Below, piece after piece: positions 8,118 to 16,976 of a stretch of 64,000 bases of DNA. The DNA lies in assembly GCA_045627785.1 (NCBI GenBank), contig JAZQOF010000004.1:53948-117947 (forward strand), read 5' to 3'. The stretch is from Bacteroidales bacterium. Lineage in GTDB: Bacteria; Bacteroidota; Bacteroidia; Bacteroidales; UBA3663. The first letter of the stretch is position 1. Every line of letters begins with the position of its first letter. The notes beneath the pieces are model-generated. The model worked only from the letters and a program-made list of their open reading frames with translations, searched no databases and had not been told where the DNA came from. A program made the position numbers and the translations under genes.

Positions 8118-10670
8118 TGGCATATCAACCATAATGTGTTTGTTCTGTACATCTCCTTGGTGCATAAGCAGATCTTCACAAAGAGCATCTTCGATATAAT
8201 TCTGAATTGCGCGTTTCAAAGGACGTGCTCCATAAAGTCGGTCATAGCCCTTGTCAGCCAAGAAATCTTTTACTCTGTCAGAAATCTCGATGTTATAACC
8301 CATTTCTGCAATTCTTTCGAGCGAAGACTTCAGTTCGATATCTACAATCTTTCTGATATCATCATGTGAGAGTTGGTCGAACGAGATTATATCATCAATT
8401 CTGTTGATAAACTCTGGAGAGAATGTCTTCTTAAGTTCTTTCTGAACAATTGCCTGAGCCATCTCGTTTTGATGAGAATCAGATCGTACACCAAAACCGA
8501 CACCAGTACCGAAGTCATTTATCTGACGACTTCCGATGTTTGAAGTCATGATAATAATACAGTTCTTAAAATCAACTTTTCTACCTGAGGCATCTGTAAG
8601 ATGGCCTTCGTCAAAGAGCTGAAGCATAAGATTGTATACTTCCTTGTCAGCCTTTTCTATCTCATCGAAGAGAACAACGCTATAAGGATGACGACGAACC
8701 TGTTCCGTGAGTTGTCCACCTTCGTCATATCCAACGTATCCAGGAGCAGCACCAATCAGTCGGCTTGTGCTGTATTTCTCCATGAATTCACTCATGTCTA
8801 TGCGGATGAGGCTGTTTTTAGTTGCAAACAGTTCGTCGGCAAGCTTCTTTGCGAGATAAGTCTTTCCGACACCTGTAGGACCTAAGAACAGGAAAGTACC
8901 GATTGGTTTTGAAGGGTCTTTCAATCCTACGCGGTTTCGCTGTATAGCTTTTACAACCTTTTCAATAGCCTTGTCTTGACCGATTACTTCATTCTGTAGG
9001 GTCTTGCGAAGTGCAAGGAGTTTTTCGGATTCACTCGATGCTACCTTGGACATTGGAATACCTGTAATCTGAGCTACTACTTCAGCGATCTTATCAGCGT
9101 TGACAGTTGGTCGCTCATCTTTCTGGTGAGATTTCCAGTTGTCTTGTTCTTCTTTCAGCTTGTGCTCAAGATTTCGTTGCTGATCGCGATATGTTGCTGC
9201 TTGCTCATACATCTGAGAAAGGATAGCTTCGTCTTTCAACCGCTTTACATCTTCGATTTCTGCTTCAAGTTTCTCGAAGGTATCAGGAACAACTGCACTG
9301 AAGAGATGCATTCTCGAACCTGCCTCATCCATTGCATCTATGGCTTTATCTGGGAAGTTGCGGTCTGAGATATATCTTTCGGTAAGAGTTACACAAGCTT
9401 GTAGTGCATCTTCTGTGTAAGTCACATTATGATGTTCCTCGTAACGATCTTTTATATTATGTAAAATAGCAAGAGTATCGGAAGGAGATGTCGGTTCCAC
9501 AAGAATTTTCTGGAATCGACGTTCTAGTGCACCATCTTTTTCGATTGTCTTACGATATTCATCAAGAGTCGTAGATCCGATACATTGAATCATACCGCGA
9601 CTTAAGGCTGGCTTAAGCATATTGGCTGCATCCATTGAACCTTGAGCATTTCCGGCACCAACCATTGTGTGGATCTCATCAATATAGAGAATCACTTCAG
9701 GATGGTCTTCGAGTTCACGAATGATGTTCTTCAGTCTTTCCTCAAATTGACCGCGATATTTTGTTCCTGCAACAAGTCCTGCCATATCGAGCGATACGAC
9801 TCTTTTATCTGCTAACAACCAAGAAACCTTCTTTTCAAAGATTCGTTGAGCTAAGCCTTCAACGATTGCGCTCTTACCAACACCTGGTTCACCAAGCAGA
9901 ATCGGATTGTTCTTCTTTCTGCGTGAAAGAATCTGTGCGAGTCGTTCTATTTCGACTTCTCTTCCGACTACAAGATCAAGTTTTCCTTCGGCAGCGGCAT
10001 TCGTCAAGTCGAAACCAAAAGCATCAAGTGTTGGTGTGTCGCTTTCTTTATCAGAGCCATTCGCAGAGCGAGGAGATGCTTTCTTTGTCTTATTTCCTGA
10101 ATAAGGAGCTTCATCTTCGTCTTCTTCATCCTCATCGTAAGAAGAAACTGCCTTTGGGCTTTCCTTCTGTGGAGTTTCTGGGCTCTTTGATATCAAATCG
10201 GATGCATTGAGATTATTCTGTTCTTCCGGCTTGATTTTCTCAAGATCTGCTACATGTTTGTAGAATGAACTATAATCTACATTATATTGCTGAAGTAACT
10301 GAGACAATTGGCAAGTCTCATCTTTAAGAATTGCCAATACCACGTGTTCTGAATCTATAGTATTCTGCTTAAGCATCCTTGCCTCGAGTTGCGACAACTT
10401 AAGAGTGCGGTCAGCTTCCCGGCATAAAGGATTCTGTTCGTCTGTATTATCTTCTAAAGACCTATGTTCGTATAAATTCCATTCAATATGCCTTTTCAAA
10501 TCATCGAGATTAACACCTTGGCGCAACAATGCCTGAACGGCAATGCTGTTTCCATCTCGTAGTATTCCCAATACGAAATGCTCTGGACGTATTTGGTTAT
10601 TCTTAAGTCTTACAGCCTCTTCTTTGCTGTATTCTAATATCTGTCGTAAGTGTTCTGTGAACTTGTTCAT
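8061..10670 (-). CDS. clpC: ATP-dependent Clp protease ATP-binding subunit ClpC (class I AAA+)
   Basis: Two Clp_N repeats, two Walker A sites (GEPGVGKS, GPTGVGKT), a short UVR-like middle region (ClpC rather than ClpB length) and a VGF ClpP-docking-like loop. Confidence 0.85.
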   Translation of the reverse strand: MNKFTEHLRQILEYSKEEAVRLKNNQIRPEHFVLGILRDGNSIAVQALLRQGVNLDDLKRHIEWNLYEHRSLEDNTDEQNPLCREADRTLKLSQLEARMLKQNTIDSEHVVLAILKDETCQLSQLLQQYNVDYSSFYKHVADLEKIKPEEQNNLNASDLISKSPETPQKESPKAVSSYDEDEEDEDEAPYSGNKTKKASPRSANGSDKESDTPTLDAFGFDLTNAAAEGKLDLVVGREVEIERLAQILSRRKKNNPILLGEPGVGKSAIVEGLAQRIFEKKVSWLLADKRVVSLDMAGLVAGTKYRGQFEERLKNIIRELEDHPEVILYIDEIHTMVGAGNAQGSMDAANMLKPALSRGMIQCIGSTTLDEYRKTIEKDGALERRFQKILVEPTSPSDTLAILHNIKDRYEEHHNVTYTEDALQACVTLTERYISDRNFPDKAIDAMDEAGSRMHLFSAVVPDTFEKLEAEIEDVKRLKDEAILSQMYEQAATYRDQQRNLEHKLKEEQDNWKSHQKDERPTVNADKIAEVVAQITGIPMSKVASSESEKLLALRKTLQNEVIGQDKAIEKVVKAIQRNRVGLKDPSKPIGTFLFLGPTGVGKTYLAKKLADELFATKNSLIRIDMSEFMEKYSTSRLIGAAPGYVGYDEGGQLTEQVRRHPYSVVLFDEIEKADKEVYNLMLQLFDEGHLTDASGRKVDFKNCIIIMTSNIGSRQINDFGTGVGFGVRSDSHQNEMAQAIVQKELKKTFSPEFINRIDDIISFDQLSHDDIRKIVDIELKSSLERIAEMGYNIEISDRVKDFLADKGYDRLYGARPLKRAIQNYIEDALCEDLLMHQGDVQNKHIMVDMPSEFDSKDSNVTPIFTFCE

Positions 10671-10752
10671 TAAATCTAAATTATATTTAGCTCAAATGAC
10701 TGCAAAAAAAATGCCAATGACAAAAAGTCATTAATTCTTTGGTTTGTAAAGC

Positions 10753-11298
10753 TTATCTGCTGATTTCTCTCATGTACTTCCTTGCTTCTTTCCATCGTGG
10801 GAAAAATATATCAATAACAGCGTGAAATTTAGGTCCGTGATTTGGGATTAAAAGATGTGCAAGTTCGTGTACTACAATATGTTCTATACACCAATCTGGA
10901 AGAAGAAGCAGATAAATGCTGAAATTAATCTGCTTAGTTCTAACATTACAGCATCCCCAACGGGAAATAAGCTTTTTGAATGTAATTTGAGATGCTTTGA
11001 CTCCCATGATTTGTTCGTATTTTGTAATCATTGGGAGAATCTTTTCCTCTAATCTGTTTTGTGTATCTAACTTTTGTTGTTTTGTGCTGTAAGGTAATTG
11101 GTCATAGAAATTGGAACGGGTTTCAAGACGTTCCTCCATTTTCTTCAGAGATCTTAAAGCCCATTCTTTGTTGTTCTCTATAAATTCTTCGACATCTTTT
11201 CGTGGTAATCCTAATGGCGCAGATACATGTATCTCTCCATTTTTCAGGATACGCATCGAAAGTCTTTTTACACGCTTATATGTAATAATACACTTCAT
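10753..11298 (-). CDS. YgjP/DUF45-like (M48/SprT-type) zinc metallohydrolase
   Basis: HEXXH site in HIVVHELAHLLIPNHGPKF, with N-terminal layout typical of YgjP-like proteins. Confidence 0.7.
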   Translation of the reverse strand: MKCIITYKRVKRLSMRILKNGEIHVSAPLGLPRKDVEEFIENNKEWALRSLKKMEERLETRSNFYDQLPYSTKQQKLDTQNRLEEKILPMITKYEQIMGVKASQITFKKLISRWGCCNVRTKQINFSIYLLLLPDWCIEHIVVHELAHLLIPNHGPKFHAVIDIFFPRWKEARKYMREISR

Positions 11299-11301
11299 TT
11301 A

Positions 11302-12150
11302 TTATAGACCGAGAAATGCTTTTATTTGTGGCATCATAGCTTTAGCAGTCTCGATTCCGAGGTCTCGGATTGCTTCCATTTTCTCCTTGTTTAATTCCGT
11401 TCGGCCAATATCAAGTTTAGAAGGAGGGAAGATTAGAAGTGTGTTGCCAAGTTTTTCTTGTTCAAGAACATAGTCTAATTCATTATTATACATTTCATGA
11501 CGATGTTCCATAGCATTTATTACATTAGGATACTTACTCATCATGAGCTTGAACAATGGCATCATTTTGGTTTTCTTCTTCCTGAATTCTCGAGGCTGAG
11601 TTAAAACCACTATGTTCTTTTTATATCCTTGCGACTGCCAGTATTTTAAAGGAATTGCGTCTGCCATTCCTCCGTCAAGTAGATTGTATCCATCGATTTT
11701 TACTGGCTTTGAGACTAGAGGAAGAGATGCAGATGCGCAGATCCAGTCTAATGAATAATCACTGACTTCGTCTAACTGTTTGTAAACAGGTTTTCCTGTC
11801 AAAATATCTGTGCAGACGACAGTATATTTCATCGGGTTTTGCTTGAAATTCTCTCTGTCGAAATAATCAATGTATGTAGGAACATAATGATAAGCATATT
11901 CTGCATTGATATATTCTCCTCTGAATATAAGATTTCTTATACTCATATATTTCTTGTCGTTTCTCAGAAGAGTGTTGTATCTTAATGCTCGTCCTCTTTG
12001 TCGTGACTTGTAATTACATCCAAAACAAGCACCTGCAGATACTCCAATCATGCCATCGACAGTAATTCCCTCATCGAGAAATGCATCAATTATTCCAGTT
12101 GAGAAGAGTCCTCTCATACCTCCTCCTTCAAGTACTAAACCTGTACGCAT
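11302..12150 (-). CDS. Patatin-like phospholipase family protein
   Basis: Oxyanion hole GGGMRG, nucleophile elbow GVSAGA and a DGG catalytic Asp block. Confidence 0.8.
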   Translation of the reverse strand: MRTGLVLEGGGMRGLFSTGIIDAFLDEGITVDGMIGVSAGACFGCNYKSRQRGRALRYNTLLRNDKKYMSIRNLIFRGEYINAEYAYHYVPTYIDYFDRENFKQNPMKYTVVCTDILTGKPVYKQLDEVSDYSLDWICASASLPLVSKPVKIDGYNLLDGGMADAIPLKYWQSQGYKKNIVVLTQPREFRKKKTKMMPLFKLMMSKYPNVINAMEHRHEMYNNELDYVLEQEKLGNTLLIFPPSKLDIGRTELNKEKMEAIRDLGIETAKAMMPQIKAFLGL

Positions 12151-12313
12151 ATCTTTATTTTTATTTACGCAAAAATAACAAAAAAAGATTTATTAGTGTG
12201 ATAAATGCGTTTTTATTTCTTGAAATAACATAATTTCTTTGATAATATTTGTGAAATTAAACACTATAAACTAAAAAAACACTTTTTATTGGCAAGGATT
12301 AGAAATTTTTATC

Positions 12314-12321
12314 TATCTTTG
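12314..12321 (+). promoter_or_regulatory. -7 promoter box TATCTTTG upstream of the STAS/RsbW-ABC-RelA/SpoT operon
   Basis: Exact TAnnTTTG match in a 207-bp AT-rich divergent intergenic region, 36 nt before the ATG at 12358. Confidence 0.45.
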
Positions 12322-12357
12322 TCTTGTTTATTGTATATTGATTTTACGTGAATACCA

Positions 12358-12765
12358 ATGAATAAAAAGATTGTCTTTAAGAACAAAATAGAAGAGGTAA
12401 CAAGAGTAGCCGAATTTGTTGAACAAGTCGGCGAAGAGCTTGAACTCTCATTCGCAGTAATAAACAGCATTCAACTTGCAATTGAAGAAGCTGTGGTAAA
12501 CGTGATTAATTACGCTTATCCAAAAGACAAAGAATGTGAGGCTTATCTGGAAGTCTCTAAAAAAGAAAATGCAGTTTATTTTGTTCTGTCTGATACAGGT
12601 GTCCCTTTTGATCCAACAGCTAAGTCTGATCCGGATTTGACACTTTCTGCTGATGAACGTCCTATTGGAGGTTTAGGAATATTCCTGGTGAAACAAATCA
12701 TGAATGAAGTCACTTATGAATATTCTGACGGAAAGAATAATCTCATAATGATAAAAAGAATTTGA
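12358..12765 (+). CDS. RsbW/SpoIIAB-like anti-sigma-type serine protein kinase (HATPase_c_2)
   Basis: 135 aa. N-box EEAVVNVINYAY, G1 SDTGVPFDP and G2 GGLGIFLV. Confidence 0.8.
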   Translation: MNKKIVFKNKIEEVTRVAEFVEQVGEELELSFAVINSIQLAIEEAVVNVINYAYPKDKECEAYLEVSKKENAVYFVLSDTGVPFDPTAKSDPDLTLSADERPIGGLGIFLVKQIMNEVTYEYSDGKNNLIMIKRI

Positions 12766-12788
12766 TAAACAATTTAATATTTTGAAAT

Positions 12789-13094
12789 ATGACTACAAAT
12801 ATAAACATTCAAGGTACAAACGCTGTTATTGAGCTCGAAGGTCGTCTTGATACACCAAGTTCACCAGCTGTTGAAGCAGAAGTAAACAAAGTTTCTGGAA
12901 ATGCAGAAGTCACAGAATGTACTGTAGATTGCAGCAAGCTTACTTATATTTCTTCTTCTGGTTTACGTATTCTTATCTCTTTGCATAAGAGCTTCTTGAA
13001 AAAACAGGGTAAGCTTACTATCAAAAGCCTTGCTCCTGAAATTAAGGAAGTATTTGATATGACAGGTTTATACAGCATCTTTACTATTGTATAA
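12789..13094 (+). CDS. STAS-domain anti-sigma-factor antagonist (SpoIIAA/RsbV-like)
   Basis: 101 aa. The canonical phospho-acceptor context TYISSSGLRIL corresponds to DSSGL in SpoIIAA/RsbV. Confidence 0.8.
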   Translation: MTTNINIQGTNAVIELEGRLDTPSSPAVEAEVNKVSGNAEVTECTVDCSKLTYISSSGLRILISLHKSFLKKQGKLTIKSLAPEIKEVFDMTGLYSIFTIV

Positions 13095-13153
13095 TAAATC
13101 TGTCGCTATTTATTAATTAGATTCTTGGTGTTTTAGTTAGACCGATTTTTTTA

Positions 13154-16084
13154 ATGAACGATCACGTACTTTCGGCATTAATAAATCTCTTCGCACTTTT
13201 TACGTCTTCTGCTGAACTTGATAAAGATAAGGCAAGAAAAAGTGTAATGAACTACCTCATAAGTTTCTTTTCAATAAGAAATTATGAGGAGTTTTTGGAT
13301 ATTTATGATGGTCTTTGTGACGTTTATGAAATGGGTCATTCCGATCTCGAAAAGATTATTCCTTCTATTGCAAACAAACTTACTGATCGCATTCCTAAAG
13401 TTGATCAGGCTTTATTGGTTTTGCGTTTCATGGAGTTCTCTTCTCAGAATCGTGAAGAATACATAAAACAGCGTTTCTTATTTGAGAAAGTTGCTAATAC
13501 ATTCAATGTAGAAGCAAAGACTTTTGAAGATTTCGATAGTTTTATTCAATCAAAGAAGAGTGAGAACGTAGGTGTAGAAAGTATCGAAGGTTCTGATTGT
13601 GTATTACGAGTTCTGCGTCTCCCTCAATATCATAAGGTAGTTACTGCCTTTGATGGAAACGTGCCAATCAAGATGAATGATATGCCAATTCATCCGGGCA
13701 TGTTTGTGATCTGGCCAGAGAATGGTATTATCAAATCTTCGAAATTTCAACCTAAATATTTTTCTCATGTAGCTGAATTGCTGGGTCAAAGTACTCGTCT
13801 CACTTCAATTCAAATGAGTGGACGAGATCTTGACTTTAGGTTTAAGAATAGCAACAACGGACTTCATAATTTCACATTCGATCTTCATTCTGGCGAATTC
13901 GTTGCTATAATGGGTGGAAGTGGTGTCGGCAAATCCACATTACTCAGTATTCTTAACGGATCACTAAGACCTCAGTCGGGCACTCTTTCTATCAATGGAC
14001 TTTCTCTTTATGATAATGTTGAGAGATTAAAGCCTTTTATAGGATTTGTACCTCAAGATGATCTTCTTATCGAAGAATTGACTGTGTATGAGAATCTTTT
14101 ATATACAGCTAAATTCTGTTTTGCTAATCTTTCCGAGAAGGAATTACGCGAAAAGGTTGACAATACATTAAAAGATCTCGGATTAAGTTCAATCCAACAT
14201 CTTAAGGTCGGATCTCCGTTGAATAAGACAATTTCCGGAGGGCAGAGAAAACGATTGAATATTGCGCTTGAGTTGATTCGAGAGCCGTCGATCCTTTTGC
14301 TAGATGAACCTACAAGCGGACTTTCTTCTGCGGATTCAGAGAAGGTCGTTTATCTTCTGAAAGAGCAGACTTATAAAGGAAAATTGGTGATAGTAAACAT
14401 TCACCAACCTTCTTCGGACATATATAAACTCTTCAATCGTCTTTGGATTCTTGATACTGGAGGATATCCGATTTTCGATGGTAATCCTATTGACGCTCCT
14501 ACAGAATTTAAGCAAGCAGCTGATTATACAGATGCTTTCAGTTCTGTTTGTCCAACATGCGGAAATATCAATCCGGAATTGGTATTGAACATTATCGATG
14601 AGAGAATTCTTGACAGCAATGGACAGTTAACAACTCGAAGAAAGAAATCTCCAGAAGATTGGCATGCAATATATAGGAGCAAAATCGGAGAGCTTGACGA
14701 TATCAAAGAAATAGCTTTGCCTGAATCAAATCAGAAGAAGCCAAATGCTCTTAAGCAGTTCTTCATTTATCTCAAACGTAATGTAAAGGCAAAACTTGCA
14801 GACCGACAGTTTCTCGCAATCGCTTTACTTGAAGCGCCAGTTCTTGCATGGATAGTTGCAAGGCTTTCTCGGTACGAAGGAGAAGATGGATATACTCTGT
14901 TTGAGAATATCAATATGATTTCATTCCTTTTTATGGCAATTATTGTCGCTGTATTTATGGGAATGAGTATCTGTGCAGAAGAAATATTCAAAGATCGTGC
15001 ATTGCTGAAACGAGAGAAATTCTTACAACTCTCGCATGGCGCATATATAACATCAAAGATATTTCAAGCAGCTGTAATTGCTGTTTTTCAGACAGGTTTA
15101 TTTATACTTGTTGCAAATAGTATAATGGAGATTCACGGACTTTGGATGCAATGGTGGCTGATATTGTTCTCATCTTCTTTCTTGGCTGCCCTTACAGGAT
15201 TGTTGCTTTCACAGACACTGAATTCTATTGTATCAATCTATATTACTATTCCACTTCTGCTTATTCCACAAATATTACTTTGCGGTGTGGTTATTGATTT
15301 CGATAGCCTCAATCATAACAGCAAGACTGGAAATGTGCCCGTTATTGCAGATTTGATTCCTACTCGTTGGTCTTTTGAGGCACTTGCTGTAACTCAAATG
15401 ACTGACAATGAATATACATCAAATTTCTTTGAGGAGCAAGCGGCACAATATGAATTACAGTTTGCCCGTCTAGGATTTTTGCATGAACTTGATGTTAAGG
15501 TCAAAGAAGCTAAGATCGACAAGCGACTTGGTAATGAAGATTGGGGCAAGTATCTGCCAATAGTCGTAAATGAAAGCAAGTTGTTTTCAGAAAGATGGGA
15601 TGTTGAACCATTCTCTGGTTTGGATCAGCTGACTATAGAAAGATTCACAGCTGAGGTTGCTGAAGATTATCGCTCTTGGGTTCAAAAGACAGATTCGATT
15701 CTCTTCAAGCGTAGTCAGGTTTATACTCGTATTATTGATAAGACAAAACAGATTCTAATTGATGATTTAGGATCTACCGGAAAACTGATTGATCTGCAAT
15801 ATAAAAGTTGTAACCAATCACTACAGGATCGCTTGGTTGGAATTGATGGACATAAACTTGTTCGTGTGGTTGGTGATCGTTTGGTCCCTTGTGCAGGACA
15901 AATCTATCTTAAGCCTTCAAGTCATATTGGTAGGGCTCCTTTTTATAGTCATGTCAAGATTCTTGGATCTCAGGAAGTTCCGACTCTTTGGTACAACCTT
16001 TGTGTTCTTGCAATAATGATGGTATTAGTATCTCTTATGCTTTATACCGATTGTCCTGGAAAATATATCAGAAATAATAAATAA
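13154..16084 (+). CDS. ABCG/ABC-2-type fused ATPase-permease with an extra ~225-aa N-terminal domain and a ~200-aa insertion before the last TM helix
   Basis: Walker A GGSGVGKST, signature ISGGQRKRL, Walker B ILLLDEPTSGL and an ABCG-type H-loop IHQPS. Five TM helices are followed by a long soluble segment and a final TM helix (LWYNLCVLAIMMVLVSLMLY). Confidence 0.8.
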   Translation: MNDHVLSALINLFALFTSSAELDKDKARKSVMNYLISFFSIRNYEEFLDIYDGLCDVYEMGHSDLEKIIPSIANKLTDRIPKVDQALLVLRFMEFSSQNREEYIKQRFLFEKVANTFNVEAKTFEDFDSFIQSKKSENVGVESIEGSDCVLRVLRLPQYHKVVTAFDGNVPIKMNDMPIHPGMFVIWPENGIIKSSKFQPKYFSHVAELLGQSTRLTSIQMSGRDLDFRFKNSNNGLHNFTFDLHSGEFVAIMGGSGVGKSTLLSILNGSLRPQSGTLSINGLSLYDNVERLKPFIGFVPQDDLLIEELTVYENLLYTAKFCFANLSEKELREKVDNTLKDLGLSSIQHLKVGSPLNKTISGGQRKRLNIALELIREPSILLLDEPTSGLSSADSEKVVYLLKEQTYKGKLVIVNIHQPSSDIYKLFNRLWILDTGGYPIFDGNPIDAPTEFKQAADYTDAFSSVCPTCGNINPELVLNIIDERILDSNGQLTTRRKKSPEDWHAIYRSKIGELDDIKEIALPESNQKKPNALKQFFIYLKRNVKAKLADRQFLAIALLEAPVLAWIVARLSRYEGEDGYTLFENINMISFLFMAIIVAVFMGMSICAEEIFKDRALLKREKFLQLSHGAYITSKIFQAAVIAVFQTGLFILVANSIMEIHGLWMQWWLILFSSSFLAALTGLLLSQTLNSIVSIYITIPLLLIPQILLCGVVIDFDSLNHNSKTGNVPVIADLIPTRWSFEALAVTQMTDNEYTSNFFEEQAAQYELQFARLGFLHELDVKVKEAKIDKRLGNEDWGKYLPIVVNESKLFSERWDVEPFSGLDQLTIERFTAEVAEDYRSWVQKTDSILFKRSQVYTRIIDKTKQILIDDLGSTGKLIDLQYKSCNQSLQDRLVGIDGHKLVRVVGDRLVPCAGQIYLKPSSHIGRAPFYSHVKILGSQEVPTLWYNLCVLAIMMVLVSLMLYTDCPGKYIRNNK

Positions 16085-16091
16085 AATTCTT

Positions 16092-16970
16092 ATGAAATCT
16101 ACTAAATTTTTAATTCATGTTGTCCTCTTTGGTTCAGCTATCATGTTTGGATCATGTTCAGGGTCTGCTAAGAAAGAAGCAGAAAAAGAAGCTAAGAAGC
16201 AAGTTCAGACAGTAAAGGCAGTTGTTATTGCTGAAGAGCTGAAAAAAGAGTGCGTTGAGATTTATAATCAAACAGCTTCTGAACAAAACAAGTTTATTGA
16301 GAATCTTGCAGAAATGAAATCGGAACTTGCTGATGTTCCAGTCAAGTTTTTTATGCCTTTGAATGTTGCGGGAAGAGCCCAGACTTTATGGCAGAAAGCA
16401 CAAGTATTAGGTTTCTATAATGTTGATAGAAATGTCGATAAGTTCTTGTTCGGAGGTAATAATGGAAATGCAGAACGTGAGGCATCAATGCTTTCTCTTG
16501 CGACAGATCTGAATCTCTCTACTGATTTTATTAATGGAGATGAATTGAATAGTGATAATCGTGCAGAGACATTGCAGAAGATCAATGATTTCAATACACA
16601 GATGTTTGCAAAGGCTTTGGATAATGACAACGCTCAGTTCGCAACCGTATCTATGGCGTATTCTATCATTGAATCCACAATCTGCAAGATCGGTTTGGCT
16701 AAGCTTTGGGACGATGAAGTAGACCAGCAGAAGATTTTTAATGTTGTGATCGAGCAAATGGAAATGTTGCGCAATTTTACAAAGCTTTACACAACTCTCA
16801 AACCATATTATGATTCTTTGTCACCACTTGAACCACTTGTTCAGAAGATCCAGAAGGTGGCAAATGCGGATAAGGGAACAGAACTTGATAACGCATTATA
16901 TGATTATATCTCTTATGCAAATGAGATGCGCGATCATGTTCTCACAGAGTTCAATCTTGTTGTAAAATAA
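16092..16970 (+). CDS. Hypothetical lipoprotein (helical, no recognised family)
   Basis: Signal peptide with lipobox (IMFGSCSGS). 8-nt gap from the ABC gene and 6 nt to the next gene. Confidence 0.6.
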   Translation: MKSTKFLIHVVLFGSAIMFGSCSGSAKKEAEKEAKKQVQTVKAVVIAEELKKECVEIYNQTASEQNKFIENLAEMKSELADVPVKFFMPLNVAGRAQTLWQKAQVLGFYNVDRNVDKFLFGGNNGNAEREASMLSLATDLNLSTDFINGDELNSDNRAETLQKINDFNTQMFAKALDNDNAQFATVSMAYSIIESTICKIGLAKLWDDEVDQQKIFNVVIEQMEMLRNFTKLYTTLKPYYDSLSPLEPLVQKIQKVANADKGTELDNALYDYISYANEMRDHVLTEFNLVVK

Positions 16971-16976
16971 TATTAT

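Noticed and set aside
12358-13094. Toxin-antitoxin interpretation of the two small genes (135 aa + 101 aa)
   Set aside because: Both proteins carry unambiguous RsbW-type kinase and STAS-domain motifs, so partner switching explains them better than a TA pair.
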